Shown here: positions 37,665 to 52,299 of the stretch, piece by piece | Numbering within the stretch: the stretch's first letter is position 1 | Layout: every line of letters starts with the position of its first letter | Source of the DNA: Pelomyxa schiedti | Taxonomy: Eukaryota > Protista > Evosea | NCBI GenBank assembly: GCA_020536535.1 | Contig: JAHLWZ010000406.1 | Span: forward strand, 69,531 to 133,530 | Direction of reading: 5' to 3' | DNA length: 64,000 nucleotides | Notes under the pieces: generated by a model | Seen by the model: the letters and a program-made list of their open reading frames with translations, nothing else | Told to the model about the DNA's origin: nothing | Databases searched by the model: none | Position numbers and translations under genes: made by a program

Positions 37665-39029
37665 ATGGCAGCGGTGGACCTGGGCGCGTTGTCTCACTTT
37701 GGCAAGGTGGGTTTGTTTCCACAGTCATTCACTCATTCTTTTTACGTGCGTGCAACTCTGACATGGGCTTTTTTTTTTTTCTTCTTTTTCTTTTTCTTGT
37801 GCTGGGGATCTCTTCTTTGTGAAGGCACCATCTCGCCAAGCAATTGATGAAATCATTGGCATCACGTTCCGTAAGAGGTCAGAGGGTCTGTCTCAGGCCG
37901 AAATGGCAACAATTGCAAAGACCCTTAGTTTGGCGCAGCCTGAAGTAGACGCTGTATGTTGTTGGTCTTTTTTTCCCTTCCCCATAATGAGGGTATTCTG
38001 GTGTTTATTTGACTTTGTTTTACTTTAGCTGCTGGCTGCTATTAAGATTTTCATTCGCCTTGGTCTTCGAAAGGTAGCCCTCTCTTTCTTACAACACAAA
38101 AACTCAAAAAAAAAAAAAAAACCAACAGCCTGCCGATCAAGTTTCAAGCGACTTCCCGGCAGATTTTGAACCGCGTTTGAAGTACTTGGGGTTACACCGT
38201 GTTTCAAACAGTCTTACTTTGTTCCAGGGCTTTCCTTCTCAAGGTGCTTGAAAATCGTGTTCCTCTCTGGAAAGAAGCTCTCGCCAAAGACCGCGCTGCC
38301 GCAACAGGGTCACCATCCCCCTCCCCAGCAACGCCTGCGTCACCATCACCTGCTGAGAAGCCAGCAAGTCCGGCCGAAAAGGCACCAGCAAGCCCCCAAC
38401 CACAACAGCAGAGAGCGCAGCCCAAGCCCACTGCCGTGCAGCCCGCGCCACAACCTGCCACCCCCACACAAAGGACTGCAGCACAAGCCACTCCAACACC
38501 AGCCGCCACGGCCACAACAACATCAACAACGGCCAAGGCACCTACCCAGCCACCAACACCACAACAAACCTCAACACCCAAACAACGCGTGCCCCCTCAA
38601 AGGGTACCAGAAACTGTACCACCACCAACCCAAGCACAACCACCGGCCCAACAACAGCAACTACCACCAACCCAGCAACAGCCTCGCTCAACACCAGTGC
38701 CCCCAACACGCCCAACAACAACAGCAGCAGCAGCAACAGCAAGCAGCCAGCTTCTGCAGCCGTCGCTACCAAAGCTTCGCAAGTTTGACTGGAGGATTGA
38801 TGTGAGAAGTGCCTCTGATACAATGGCCAGGATGAGTGTCCCTTGCGTTCTGGTGCAAATGGAGGTTGAAACGCCAAAGACCCACGTCACACCCGCAAAT
38901 GCAACTGCAGCGGCAGCCGAGCAGCCGGATCACAACCGCGTGGTTACTTTCGAACTAACCAAGGAATCACTGAATGCCATGCTTGAGGGTTTGCAGTTTG
39001 TCAGAAACCAGCTCTCTTCCATCCATTAA
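37665..39029 (+). CDS. COMMD9: COMM domain-containing protein 9
   Basis: LPKLRKFDWRIDVRSASDTMARMSVPCVLVQM...VTFELTKESLNAMLEGLQFVRNQLSSI follows the COMMD9 signature. Confidence 0.85.
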
Positions 39030-39452
39030 AACTACTAATCACTTATCTTGCAAGTAATAAAAGGGCCCTTTTCTTCCAGTGTCTTTGTGGTGAGAAGAGA
39101 AGGGCCGTCAGTACTCTTTTCTGTGTTTTCCACTTTGTCTTTCGATCTGTATGTTCTGTAAAGGAAGTGAACCTAAAACATCAAAAGCCTGCTAAAGTGT
39201 TCAAAGGAAGAAAGGCACACAACGTAGATATTGGACGTTTCAGTCAAAAACCAGCCACACAAACAAAAAACGAAAACTATCATCAAAATCAAACGAAATG
39301 CACTGGGTGCGCCCAGTGGATAAACTTGTTTTTTGTTGGTTGTTTTTATTTTTCATTCATTATGCCGTTTTTTGACTGAAACGTCCAATACAGATTTTTT
39401 GTCACACAAAAACGAAAAAAACAAAACAACAAAAAAAAAAAGCGAGGAGTTG

Positions 39453-42400
39453 ATGTCGTCCCCTGGTGCGACGCCACCGGTGCTGGTCAAGGCCAAACAC
39501 GCCTTCAAAGCCACATCTGAGAATGAACTGGATTTCCCAAAGGTTGTGATGCTTCTACGACCACTACTCAACACACACCACACATCGTTTTGTTTTTGTT
39601 GCATGACTCGTGACACTGCTACTACTACAAGGGAGCGATGATTATTTTTTTGGGGAAAATTGAGGCTGGATGGGCGCAGGTACTCGCTGCTGTGCGTGGG
39701 AAAGGCCTTTCCTTCTAAACTTGACACAGGGTGAATATGAAGGAAAGAAAGGGTGGTTTCCTGCCAATTTCGTAAGCATGCCTGGTGATCCAAAGAAGAA
39801 AACAAAACGGCATCCTGGTATTTTGAATGTGTGATAATGTATTATTGTTCACTTTAAGCATGAAGGCGATCATAAAAGTAATGAACCTGCATCCTCACCA
39901 CCACCTTCAACACCAACAAATTCAAATTCAACTACACCGACACCAACTCCAACGCCAACACCAACAACAACACCAACCTCACCATCAAATTCAACTGCAC
40001 AAACACCGGCACTAACTCCGACTGCAACTCCAGCACCTGACTCCACCCCTGCAGCTTCTTTGCAACCTGGGACGAACAGTACATCTCCAACTTCAACCAA
40101 TACCACTAGTGATGGGGTTCCTCCAACTGAGCCCAACCCTTCTCTCACAGTATCAGGCACCCCTTCAACAACATCTTCTAGTACTTCCCCAGAGCCCACT
40201 CCCAGCGCACCCCCCTCCCCTACTGCCACCCCATTGTCTTCCGTACCAGCATCCTCCCCCACCCCTTCAGTCACAGTGACTACAAGCAATACCACAATTA
40301 ATACCCCTTCCACACCAACACCTTCACGTTCTCCTACGCCAACACAACCACCACCGTTATTGCCTGTACCTCCTCTTTCAACTCCCTTGAAAAATTCATC
40401 CAGTCCTTCACTCTCTCGCGTTCCCCCACTTTCACAGTCTCACACTGGCTCACCAATTCCTCCAAAGAAGGAACTTCCTGTTGTACTTCATAGCTCACCA
40501 AGTCCCAAGCCAGATCCTCCAGCAAAGCCTCCAAAACCTCTTCCAAAACCAGAGAGCCTCACTGTTCGTACTGCACTGTCAAATTCTGGGTCTAACTCGC
40601 CAGTTCCCACTTCAGTGTCACCACTATCTACAACGCCAACAAATGTCTCACCTGCTTTGTCTCCTGCTTTAGGAGAACCAACGGACCAGGCACCAACATC
40701 TCCCTCTGTTTCTCCACCTCTGCCAACAGTGGCAAGCCTTCCAAATAAACCTGACTCTACACCAACAAAAACACCTGTGCAACAACCCTCAGGTCTGGTA
40801 AAACCAGAACTAAGCATGCCCCCACCAATGCATATTCCTCCAGTCACCCCTTTAACTGGGTCTCCTCTTGTTCCTGTCAAGGTTGCGCCTCCAAAAAAAC
40901 CAGAAAGGCCAAATATGCCTGACAAGCCAGCTTGCCCTCCTCCAGTTATGAAGAAGGAATTGGCTGTTGTAAGTTACAATCCTTCTCTCTTTAGGTAACT
41001 GACAACCGCAGGCAAGTGCATCCTTGTACTCTAAGGCTAATGTTTCTCTGAGCAACTGCTTAATTGCATCTGATGAACTGCAGCTATCACGATTCCTCTC
41101 AGTAGGTATCACATCAAGTACCTCTGACATGAGGTGTTCCTTTCTTCTAAAATAACCTTTTCCTTTTTTCTTTTTTTTAGATGCACAGGACCCTGAAGCT
41201 GACAAACCTGCATCTATGAGTACTGTAATTAGGTTAGTTGCAAAAAAAAAAAAATCTTCAACCCTCTTAACTCTGAAGGGACTTCTGGACCCAAATGGAA
41301 CTCCTCCTACTCAAACACAAGGCAGAAATTGATGGTGCTGCAATAAAGCTCAGTGAAGGAGCTGCTGTTCATAATGACCAACTAGTCAGGGTGCGTTTCA
41401 GCCTTTACTTCATACCTTCCTCATATGGGGAATTTCAGGCCCAGGGGTTGAGCAGAGCAGCTTCTTTGCGAGCACTCAATACCCTTAGTAATATCCTTGT
41501 TTTACATTCTCAATTTGGAGAAAATCTTGTTTCTGTCTGCGATACTCTTGTTAAACTAGCCGGTTTTCTCATTATATAAAATCTATTGTACCTCACGGTT
41601 CCGTATCTCATCCCACAGAAAGAGTAAAGCATATAGCAACTCATGTAAAACCTCCTTCATCCAAGGACAAAGAGGAAGCAGTTCAATGTGAACCTGATTC
41701 AGAAGATTTTCCTTTTTATTTCTGCCTCAAGACACTTCATTTGTGCATCACTTCTTCAATTAAAGCTCTAAAAATGTATGTCTCACTTTGTTATCTTCTA
41801 TTCAACCTTTAAAGAGATGAGGTCGGTCATTTGAACCCAAAAATAAGAGAGTTTCTTTTTGAACACTTGCACTTCACAAATAAGTATTGTATGTCAGATA
41901 TTCCATTTCATGAGGCAACTAACAGGTGAAAGGTATTCGTAAAATTGCTGCTGAAAATCTTGGTGTTATCTCTGGGCAGCAGTTAGACCCTGTGGTGAGA
42001 TTATTTACTGGCAAGCTTATTGCATGCAAAAGTGATGACCAACTCCGAGAGTATGTGACCTACCAGAATGCTGCTGTATGCTACTATTTTCTTTCTTTTT
42101 TTTTTCCCCTGAACAGTATTATTGATAGGTACATTTGCACTTGGGTTTATCAAATTCAGCGCAAGTGGACTCAACAAACCACTACATGAGCACAATTGCT
42201 ACTGCTGCTGAACGGATATCAAGAGGGGTAATCTCTTCTCTTTCATTGGTTAAGTTGATCATGTTACTTTGTAGGTACTTCGCAAAGTTATGTGCACAAC
42301 ACTTGGCCCTATTTTGAGGCAAATAATGATAAGTTCCCATTGCCCCGAGTTCGAAGGTGCAGCATCAAAGCAATTTGTCAATTGCTACCATAGTATGGAG

Positions 42401-45400
42401 TTCATGCGTGTTCATTGCAGCCTTTCAACACCAAAAAAGGAATTTATGATAATGTGAAGAAATGGGCAAAAACTGAGAAAGCAAGAATACCTAGCATCAA
42501 TTTATTGGGTACTATGTTGTTCCTTGATCCCGCCCTACTGCAGTCCAAATTGGACGAATTCCTGCCCCTGTTGTTCAGTGGCTTCAAGGTTGAGGCAGTT
42601 CGTTATTCCATTTTCCTCATTTTTTGCAGGAGAAGAAAACTGAGATGCTTCAAGCAATTCTTTCTTTTATCACTAATCAATTCCAACCAAAGAGTATTCC
42701 TTCAAGGTTTGTTATACAGGCTAACCTCTGCTCATGATATTTTTAGTTATGTTACTTTCTACAAAGACGAATGTGATTTCATTGTATCCAAGATTCTTCC
42801 ATCTCGTCAGGAGTTAAAGGGATCTAAATTTCCCGTTCCTGGAGAACTGCAATTGATCTCTGATATTCTACTCGCCATGGTAATCCACGTTATGTCTTTT
42901 TTTTAATGATGTAACGTTTTACCATTTCAGGGTAGAAAGTCTCCATATCACATAGCTGATGTAAAACATATAAATTTAATACTCAAAGGTGGCACACCAC
43001 AAATGGAATTTCCCATTGAGGCAAGGGGTGTAATCTTCCGTGTTTTGGCACTGATATCTACAGAGACACCAGAAAACGTTGTCTTCCCCAAAAAAGAAAA
43101 AAGAAATTCACCTAAATGCAGCTTACTGAGAATATGGACACTGTAAGAAATGTAATGCAGCGGCACTTTGAAGACCTGAGTAATGGAATCACACTTTCTA
43201 TGAATATTTTGTTATGCTTTCCCAATCTTTGCCAACCTGAGATTCGAGACAAAGTACGTTTTTCCCTTTTTGTCTTTCTCTAAGCCCCAATAGTGTCTTC
43301 CTAATATTTGCAAGTACCTATCTGAAGGAAGGTAATAAGACAAAGAAAAAAAATCCTTTCATACTTCTTACAACCTATAGCCCTGATGTTTCCTCAATGG
43401 CCCACAGTGCTGTTGTACGGTTTATGACAATGGATCCGAGCAAGCACCTCCCTACCGTTGTTTGGCTGCTCGTACGTGGCATGCAGCCTATTGTGTCTAG
43501 AGTAAGTCTACTGGAACTCTGCTGAATATGTTTCTTATAGTATACAGACTGCGGAAGAGATTCTACAGTTTATAAAGCCACTATGCAGTCTTCTTGACAT
43601 GTGGCAAAATCATATGCAATCCAACAACCTAACGGCATCAATACCAATTGAAGCTTGGGTTGATCTTCGAGCTTGTCTTGAAGGTACCATTACAGTGTTG
43701 TGTGCCCATCTGAGTTTCACCAGGGCTATGCCTTCTACTTTTTTGCTACAACGAACCTGTGGTCTGGACCAAAGCCCTTTTCCTTTTGGATTTATTAACC
43801 AAGCCAGCTTTTGTGTATGCACCTGGAAATGTTAATTGTGTATAATCTTTGGCAGTGAAATTGAAACCGGTTCTTCATGTGAAGGTCACTTTTCTCCCTC
43901 CTTCAGAGGTGTTGATACATCAGCTGCTGTCTGGTTTCAGAATTTATCTGATTTTCTGAGAACCAAAGGGGGCACATGTGAGGTGTGGTCTGCCGAAAAG
44001 TTTAGCATGTAACATGTATACAGGCATATGGCAGAGCAGTTTCGTGGTGTTGGGATACCTTAAATTCTAGTAAAACTTGGCTTTCTGGTCAAGTACCCCA
44101 TTGGAAGAACCTATTAAGATTCATGCTGTTAAGTACAAGGGTCAAGACAGAGAATGGTATTCGTAACCAAGTGGGCCTTCCTAAAAACAAAAAGACCCAG
44201 GCCAAATTTTTATGAAAGATATAGTCACTCATTACTTCACTGGTACTCCTGATATGGAGTTCGCTATCTCTGATAGCATACCTGAGATCCACCCTTCCTG
44301 GTGAGGTTTCCACTTCATTGTCATTGTTTCACATCCACTCCACATTAGCATGGGGGCTGTGATGTCCGCCATCATGGACCAAGAAAAGCAACAGAGGGAC
44401 AGTTCAAAGAGAAAAAGAAAAGAGCAATTTTATCATCAAGTTGGTCCGGTAATAACTGAACGTACCCTTACCCTACCACAGGAGCCAGTCATTACACTCC
44501 ACTCACGCATTATGTCCTCTCTTCCTCGAGATGTGTACTCAACTACTCCCGTAATTCGCGAAGTACCTCCTACTACTACAACAGCAGGGAATTAACCATA
44601 CAAATAAGGCCTTCAGAGCCATTGTTTTATTCTGGAATACAAACCCAACTGGTCTTGAGAATCACCACTACACATTGAAATGTCAAATCGCAGGGTGCAT
44701 TGAGAAATTCATCAGAAATGAAGGCATTTGCTTGCCAATTCAATTGATTACTAAAAGTCCCTTAATTTTCCTTTCCCTTGCCTCTTGTAGGAGAATTTTT
44801 CCTCCGTAAGTTATTGAGCTCCCCACAAAGTGTTTACTGATTTCTTTAATAGGTCTCTCTGGTGATTCAACAGCTACATTCCCTATAAGGGATCCCGAGT
44901 TTTCAACAACAATGTTTCTCAATCTTAAGCGCTTGTTGGGTGTACAATCTGGGGCTGGTGGCTCCAAATCAAGTACATTTGAACAAAGCGTTGTAAAAAC
45001 TGTTGCTCTTCTTATACAATTCTGCGAGTTTTCTCCAGAATTCTTTAAAACAAAGGTAGCGAACCAGTCCTAAAGAAAATCTCATGGGTGTTAGATATAC
45101 CCTTTCCTTTTGGAAGCTCTTGACCTTGGGCCACATATGCAAGAGGACGTCATGAGCACTCTTGTTTTCCTCCTTCAGTTTGTTGATCCGAGTGAGCTCT
45201 CTGAGAAATTATTTATGACTCTTTATTAGGCGATGCACAGAATTTGCTGAAACTTTTGTTGAGAGGAGTTTCTCGAATTTCCCTCCAGTTGGTGAACCTC
45301 CTGATCTACTGAAAATGATGTCACCGTTAGTTCATATGCAAGCTCTGGTGAAAAATTTCTCCAATTTATTTGACTACTGGGCTTCGTTATGGACACCTGC

Positions 45401-48400
45401 AAAAATGTGATACCTACTGCCCCTTTCACATAGCCTAAACAAGAACTTCTAGGGCGTGCCTGACAATGTTTCACATGGCAGTGAATCCTTGCGTAGATGC
45501 TCAGAAGGTCTGCTCATTGTTGTACAACCACTTTGTACTTACATTGTTAGAGTGCTATCGAATTTGCCAACTTCTTGGCCCTTGCAACTTCTTCTAAACC
45601 AACATCTCCAAACTACACTCCCAGTGTGCACCTCCCCTCTCTCTTTTACCCGAGTGTGTATTCTTACAATCACATGGCCTTAAGGTAAATTATCGACTTT
45701 TTCCTTCCTAATACTTTCAGATATTCTGCATCTCTTGCCGATTCCTTGTTAACTGAGACGCCACTCATTTTCTCCCATTTTGACAAATATATTGAGAACT
45801 TTGATACCAATAGGCGTAGTACACTCCTAAATGTTGTTTATCAGTCATTCCGTGTCTTTCCCTCACCTGGCACATAGCTACTCCCACATTGGGCCAGAAA
45901 TTTCAGCTCTCTGGTAAAAGTAGATTCTAGGGCTGCAGAGTATGAATAACTCATTAATTTCTTCAGTAAACACACTTCAGACATGTACTCCAATCACTTT
46001 TTTCCATATCTTCCAAGTGTTTTCAACCCGAACTGTTCCTACCATTACAAGAAATCTGGCAAGGAGTTATGTATTCTGCCTCCAACGAGGTAAGAAAACG
46101 AATTAACAACGCAAATTCTTGTGTGACACCAACAAGGTGGCAAATTTGATTGTTGAATTTGTTGTTACTAAGTCCGTAGAAAAGCTAGATGATAGAGCTG
46201 CATTTGAAGTCTGCAGCACTTGCTTACTTTGTACTTATCTGGAAACTTGAACACTGTTATCTTTACTAATCCTAGTCAGTTGTTTGTAGAACAAATAGTG
46301 CTGAAAACGTGATTTCAAACCTTGTGAACCGTATACACAGTTATCCAGCAGCACCTCTCTCGCCTGAAGATTTCCTTTCTCACGTTCTTCTGGAAGGTTT
46401 TTTTTCCTTCCAAGACTTTTCACCTGTTAACTTGCTGTGGAGGGCTTCCTCAGTCTGAAGTGCAAAGTTGCGAGAAGAAAGCTTTTTCACTTCTTTCAAA
46501 ACCAATGTACGAAAACTTCGAAGTTTGTGGGAAGCATCTTCCCCTCATTTTCCAAAACGCTTGTATTCTGTTCTCCCCCCCGCATCCCCATGCGGTATCC
46601 AGCTCTTTCTTTTTTTTTCCCTGTTAATTTGAACCCAGGTATCTGAAGCTGACTTCGTTCTGAATTCCGCTCTATTGTCTGTGATAACACCACATCCAGG
46701 AGATACAGAGTGGTCAAATGTCCGGAAGCAAGCCGAAGCTTTACTCCCTAAAAAATCGAAATGGAGCACGCCTGATTTGCAGTGCCTTGTGGAAGTGCTA
46801 GCTCCCAAATTGTAACGCAATGGTTTTCCCCTTTTTGTGATCACTGATTTCCCCCAATTCAGCCCTGATCTACGTGAGTCTTGGGCTGATCTTTGTCTTG
46901 ACTGGGCCGTACAGCTCGCCGACGAGGAGGCAGCCATAGATAGTGTACACTTGTTCACTTTACTATGTCTGCAATACAATCTTCCTCGTAAGTCTCCATT
47001 GTCATTTCCCCTTCGCTTAGTCCTTTACAGGCATTAACAAGCTTGTATTGGGTTTGCTCAAGGCAGTAATTTACAACCAAGATCTGCTTCGCGATGCCTA
47101 CTTTGAGGCTCTCCTTAACGTGCCACTGGAGGTATACCACTTGTACATGTAATAGCTGACATTGACAGGTACAAAAAAATTGGCAATGCTGGCGCCTATT
47201 GGGTGTTGCTGGAGGATCGATGTGCGTGACGTGCAACATCGACCAGTATTTGTATGGCTGTAGGTTGCTAAAAAAGGTTTTATCTTGTGAGCAGTCTGTT
47301 AAGCTGGCTGTGGAGCTAGATAGTCTTTGGAACCAACCTCTGGACATGGAAGCAGTTATACTGAGGTTTGGTGTAACAACACTTTTTTACGTTCTCACCA
47401 ATTCAGGGGCCTTTCATACCCTGAGACTGTCTCAGATGGGTTGTGGCTCTGTGATACTTGGATAAAGACTCATCAAAACGCCCCAGTCAATCTTGTTATC
47501 ATTTCGGTACTTGTTCACACCATTCAGTGCATCACAAAGTCACCAGTTACTGCCGCATTTCAAGCTCTGCAATTTATTCATGCCGCAGGTTGTTGGCATT
47601 CACTTTCCCTCCATCCTCTGAAATCTTTGAAATAGGGAACGAAACTCTTATGCAGTTTGAAGACGTCTTCACACATATGGATCTCCGAGATGTCCCCTTG
47701 CAGAAACAACCCGATCCTCATTCATTGTTATCTGAGTTTTTCACTGTTTTTTGTGGTGTGTTTCCGGAGGACAACCACCATCAGCTTGTACTCGATACCT
47801 TGCTTGTACTTTTACACAGGGGGCAGAAAAAATGGAGGGTTACGTTATTGTATCTCATGACTTCTGTTTTAACCAGGTACACATTTCTTTGTTTGGTGAA
47901 AAAAAAAAACCTCACCCTAACACAGTTGGGGATCTTCATTGTGCGATTTGAGTACAACTCGCCGTATAGTTGAAGTTATAGTGTATTTCAGTCAGGCACA
48001 AGAAAGTATTGAACATTTTTGGTACTTCATCATTATAATCGCTTCTCAGCTGAAACAGCGAATGCCGCAACAGCACTTCTACCATTTGTTCTACAAAATA
48101 TACCTGAAGGCATACCAGTGAAGGTTAGACATGCAATTTTCTTTCTGCAGTACTCACAATTACCAGTACTTTGAGTACCTGCGACCATCTCCCCCAGAAA
48201 TAACCACTGCTAGCGGCAGGAGATTTTTGGGAGAGACCGAGGCCAACACAATGTAACAACCTCTACTAAGCTGTCAACAAATTAACCGTTTCCAGTGCTG
48301 AAAAGCTGCATTGTGGGAAAAAGGTCATGCAAGTTGCATTTGGCCTCCACGACGATGTTCCCCAGCTCCAAAATTTTACCACGGAGGTTATTATACAACG

Positions 48401-48541
48401 TGCAGAGAGTAGGCCGACTGACGCTCCTCCACACAAGAACGCCCGTATGAACACTTTTTTTTTAAAATGAGTAACCCTTGAACAGAACGCAGACCCTATG
48501 CCCCACCCCCAATCCCAAAGGACACAGACAGCAACATGTGA
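39453..48541 (+). CDS. SH3 domain + Pro-rich linker + Furry/Tao3/MOR2-PAG1-like helical repeat scaffold
   Basis: SH3 motifs AKHAFKATSENELDF..GWAQGEYEGKKGWFPANF. Then IRKIAAENLGVIS..F and LRESWADLCLDWAVQ..LYRAL, which resemble the MOR2-PAG1 N and C regions. Many introns, not all junctions resolved. Confidence 0.65.
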
Positions 48542-48765
48542 GGGAATCCTTTTTACAAACGGGCACAGTGTAAAAACAGAATTAAAAAATAAAGAGTTTT
48601 GTCAGGGCAACCGTTGTTCCCGTTGCCACTGGAACAGACTTCAGATCGCCGGATTAGAATGGTAAGAGATTCACCCAGGCTAAGCAGGACACTTGGGGCA
48701 CCCTTCCCCTGCGTAGCATTTACAAGATAGCGGCGTCAACGAGAAGTTGGTTCTAGGTGCGGCGA

Positions 48766-51700
48766 ATGAGCACCCCCAGAAAACGCCTCCCAGCGGGCTC
48801 TTGGCTCCCCCTGGGGTATACCCTCCCCAACAAAAGAGGTCGCGTCGAGGTCGGTGCCGTGTGCCCCTGCCGCCACTTGTTCTCTCCCGCGGGCCGCCCG
48901 TCCCCCCACGCGCCCTCGTCTCCTCGTGCTGCCGCCTCTGCCGCGTGCCCTCTGCCGCTCGCCAAGCACCACCCCCTGCGTGCCCGTTCCTCGCTCGGCG
49001 CCATGGCTTGGTGGCGCGGACAGAGGGCCAGGGCCAGGGCCAGCAGGAAGCGGCGCGGCCCGCTCTCCGAGGATGCACTGTCCAACCCTTTTTCGGAAGG
49101 TGCTGGTGCCGCCGCCGCCGCCGCCGCCACTACACGACGTGACGCAAAGTCAACTGAGGAATCTGCCACTGTCGAGCTTCACCAAGAAAGTGCGGCCGCA
49201 ATGCCGGTTCCGGGTGCCCCACGACGCCAACTTCTTTTGGAAAGAAGACACTTGTTGGACTTTATGCTGAGTCACGTTGCTTCGATGAATCCCTCCTCTC
49301 TGCAGGGGGCTGATATTGTGAAGCTTGTGAGCTACCTTAAGAGTGTGGAAGACCAAGAACGGCAAAGACGCTCTGCTCTGGTGAAAGCGGCTACAAATAT
49401 CCATGAAGCTCCAGCACGTACATCAAATTGTTACCAGGTGCTGCGTTTTATGCTTCAGCATCCCGAACAACAGATCAGTTTAGATGCAAAACCTGAAGAT
49501 GTCTTGAGGTGGGCCGCAGAGGCAATGGATGCTGATGTTGCATTTGAAGACTACAGGAGAACGAATGTATGTGCCGTGTGATTATACGAGTATGTGGTTA
49601 ATAAACCCACAGATGGAAACAGCACTGGAGAGGCTCCTGACCTGCATCAAAGATCCTGAATTCAACAGAGCTTTAACAAATGAACACGAAACCTTGGAGA
49701 CTATTGTGCCATTCATGGTTAACAACACCGCACTCTTTACACCAGAAATGCTTTTGCGCCAGCCTGAAGAGCTAGTCCGCTCCATTAGCCAGAAGATAGC
49801 TGAAGAGAAGACCAGGATTATTGCTGTGAGTCCCTAAGAATTTTATTTGGGTTAATTCTTTCTTCCCCAGATTTCTTCTGCAGCCAAGGTTCTCCTCTCA
49901 GAAGTCCCACATGCACAATTGTTTAGGACTCTGGTTTTGAATATATTTTCTCCTGAAGGCTTGTGTGAATCTATGTCGAACTTCAGTGAGAACTTTCAGC
50001 TTCTTGGGCTTAGGTTGCAACCAAAAGATAACACCCAAGCCAACCGGCTTGTAGAAGAACCCATATTTCCTCTTAAGGATAGAGACGATGTACTTGCCAA
50101 AATACTCAAATCACTCAGGACTCAACCAGTTAAACATACTGACAAGAACACCAAAAAACCCCTTATTTTTGTTTGTGGAGCCCCTGGAAGTGGCAAGGTT
50201 TTTCCCCAAAACAAAACGTGTAACCTCATTTACAACAAAAAAGTCCAGGGTGTTGGACGAACTGATGAATACTTTTGAAGAAAATCTCTCTGGAAAAAGG
50301 GGTGCTTTGTCAGATTTGGTAGGCCCCAAGGTAGGTCGCCAGACCAGTTGCACATCTGTAACCTGGAATGGTAACACTCCATACAACCAAGCAATTGATA
50401 AGAATGGCCTTAGTGGCCTTTTTCTCCGACTTCTATTTTCGTAAGACATGTGCTTAGGCCACAGTGTGTATCCTGTTCTGATATTAACATATATTACTAG
50501 GCATTGGTTTCAAACGAAGGAGTCCGACTATGAGACATTTTTCCAGTGTATTGCTAATTGGGATCAAATTGAAGCAAACATTGACACAGCACTGGACACG
50601 CTAATACAAGCCATGGCGCTTCAGAGTCGAAAAAAATATCTGCTGTTGTGTGTCGATGAAATTCTGAAAACAGATGAGAATCTTCGAGATGACGGAAACT
50701 CACGCAAAATATGTCACAAATTGGCTTCTCTGCTAGATAAATACTCCAAGAAAAAGCACAAGAAGGAAGAAGACAAGAAGTACATTGTTCTCATGATTGT
50801 GATGTCATGCCTCAATGAAGGTTGGGTTGCAGAGAGAAAGACCGAGTCTGTGCGTCTTATTTCTCACAAGTTGGAACCACTTGTATTTGATTCACGACAA
50901 AAGCTTTTCAAGTCCCATTTCCGCCATCCCGGAGTGAAAGCTGGTCTTATGAAAGCACTCAGTGACACTGGTGGCCATGCTTGCTTGCTTGTTGGACTGC
51001 AGGGATGGCTGACAATGGAAAGTGAGTCTGCTTATTCACTTCTTCAAAGAAAAGTCTACTGCTTGAACGCGATTGTCAGCAGAACCCGATCCATTTTTCA
51101 AATGTCGTTGTACCCATATGAGATAATCAGTGCTGTTATCAGTGCCAAACAGCTTGCCTCATCGAGTTTGATTGGAAGACGCACTTTCTCAGAGCTCATC
51201 GCCAGTGGGGTCATTTTTTCTAAGGGCTCTGTTCCCTGTCTGAGTGTCATGAACTTACTTTGCTTCTCCAATGAAAACTTAGAATATCGGCCCAGTGTGG
51301 ACAAAGACAATCCTAAAGAGTTTACTGCAATTGCCCACCGTCTAGTTACAGTTTATAAAGACCCTCTCCCTGCCATTAAAACACTGCTGAAGGTTATGCT
51401 TAACCCTGAGTCAGACTGGTCAACTGGGAAGCCACTAGAAGACTTTCTTTCTCTCCACCCACTTCTGCTGACCCTTTGCAACTCCAAACAGGATGACAGA
51501 ACATTCTCCTTATCTGAGATGTTTGGGAACCCTTTCTTCATTACGGAAGACTTTCCGGATCTAGAAGTGAACTTTCCAAGGACCCCAAAATTCTTATGTT
51601 GGAACGTTGAAGTGCCAGTATCACCTGGCATGTCTCGGAAGCACTCATTTGTCTGGTGGGCAAAAAAAAAAGTTGATTCACTCACCACCGGAACTGTCAT

Positions 51701-52173
51701 ACGTTGTAATCACACAAACCCCGGGTATTATCTACCCATAACATAATTTCCCTTCTCTCAAACACCAATCAACAACTTATCAAACTCAGGTTTGAAACAG
51801 CGTTTCTGTTGAACTCAGTTACCGGAAAGAAGGTGGTTGTGTGCCTGGAGACCAAGTATTATGAGATTGGAAGCACATCTTCCCTGTCGCCTAGAGAAAT
51901 CCGTAACAAATGGGACAAGACAAAGAAACAAATGCAACCACTCATGGAGAATCCAGAATGGGAGGGCCTCACACTCGTTCTGATATGTGTTGCCTTGGGG
52001 AAATTAGCTTCCCGGTTCCGGATGCCAAATGACCTTGACCCTGGTGCCAACATTGTAGTTGTGGACAGAGCTGGTTTGATAAGCTATCTAGGGCCAACTA
52101 TGTCTTGCCGCCTCGATGCCATTGTGGTATTGTTCCTTTTAACTCTTACGTTTCACTGATTTAGGTAGAATAA
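48766..52173 (+). CDS. Crinkler/RHS-type P-loop NTPase with C-terminal restriction-endonuclease-like domain
   Basis: Walker A IFVCGAPGSGKS, Walker B LLLCVDE, TGGH motif and C-terminal NPGFE...VVVCLETKY. Start codon uncertain. Confidence 0.7.
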
Positions 52174-52299
52174 TAACCCAGCCTTGCTGAAGCATAAGGG
52201 ACGCGCTTTGGTGCATGGAAGAAGGTAGCTTTCAGAGGAAAAACAACAAGTGAAAAAACCCTTTTGCAAGAAAATCTTTTGGGTTGGAGACAGGAGGTA

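Noticed and set aside
44724-44790. Additional GC-AG intron in the Furry-like gene
   Set aside because: An in-phase GT donor further downstream also works, so it is ambiguous.
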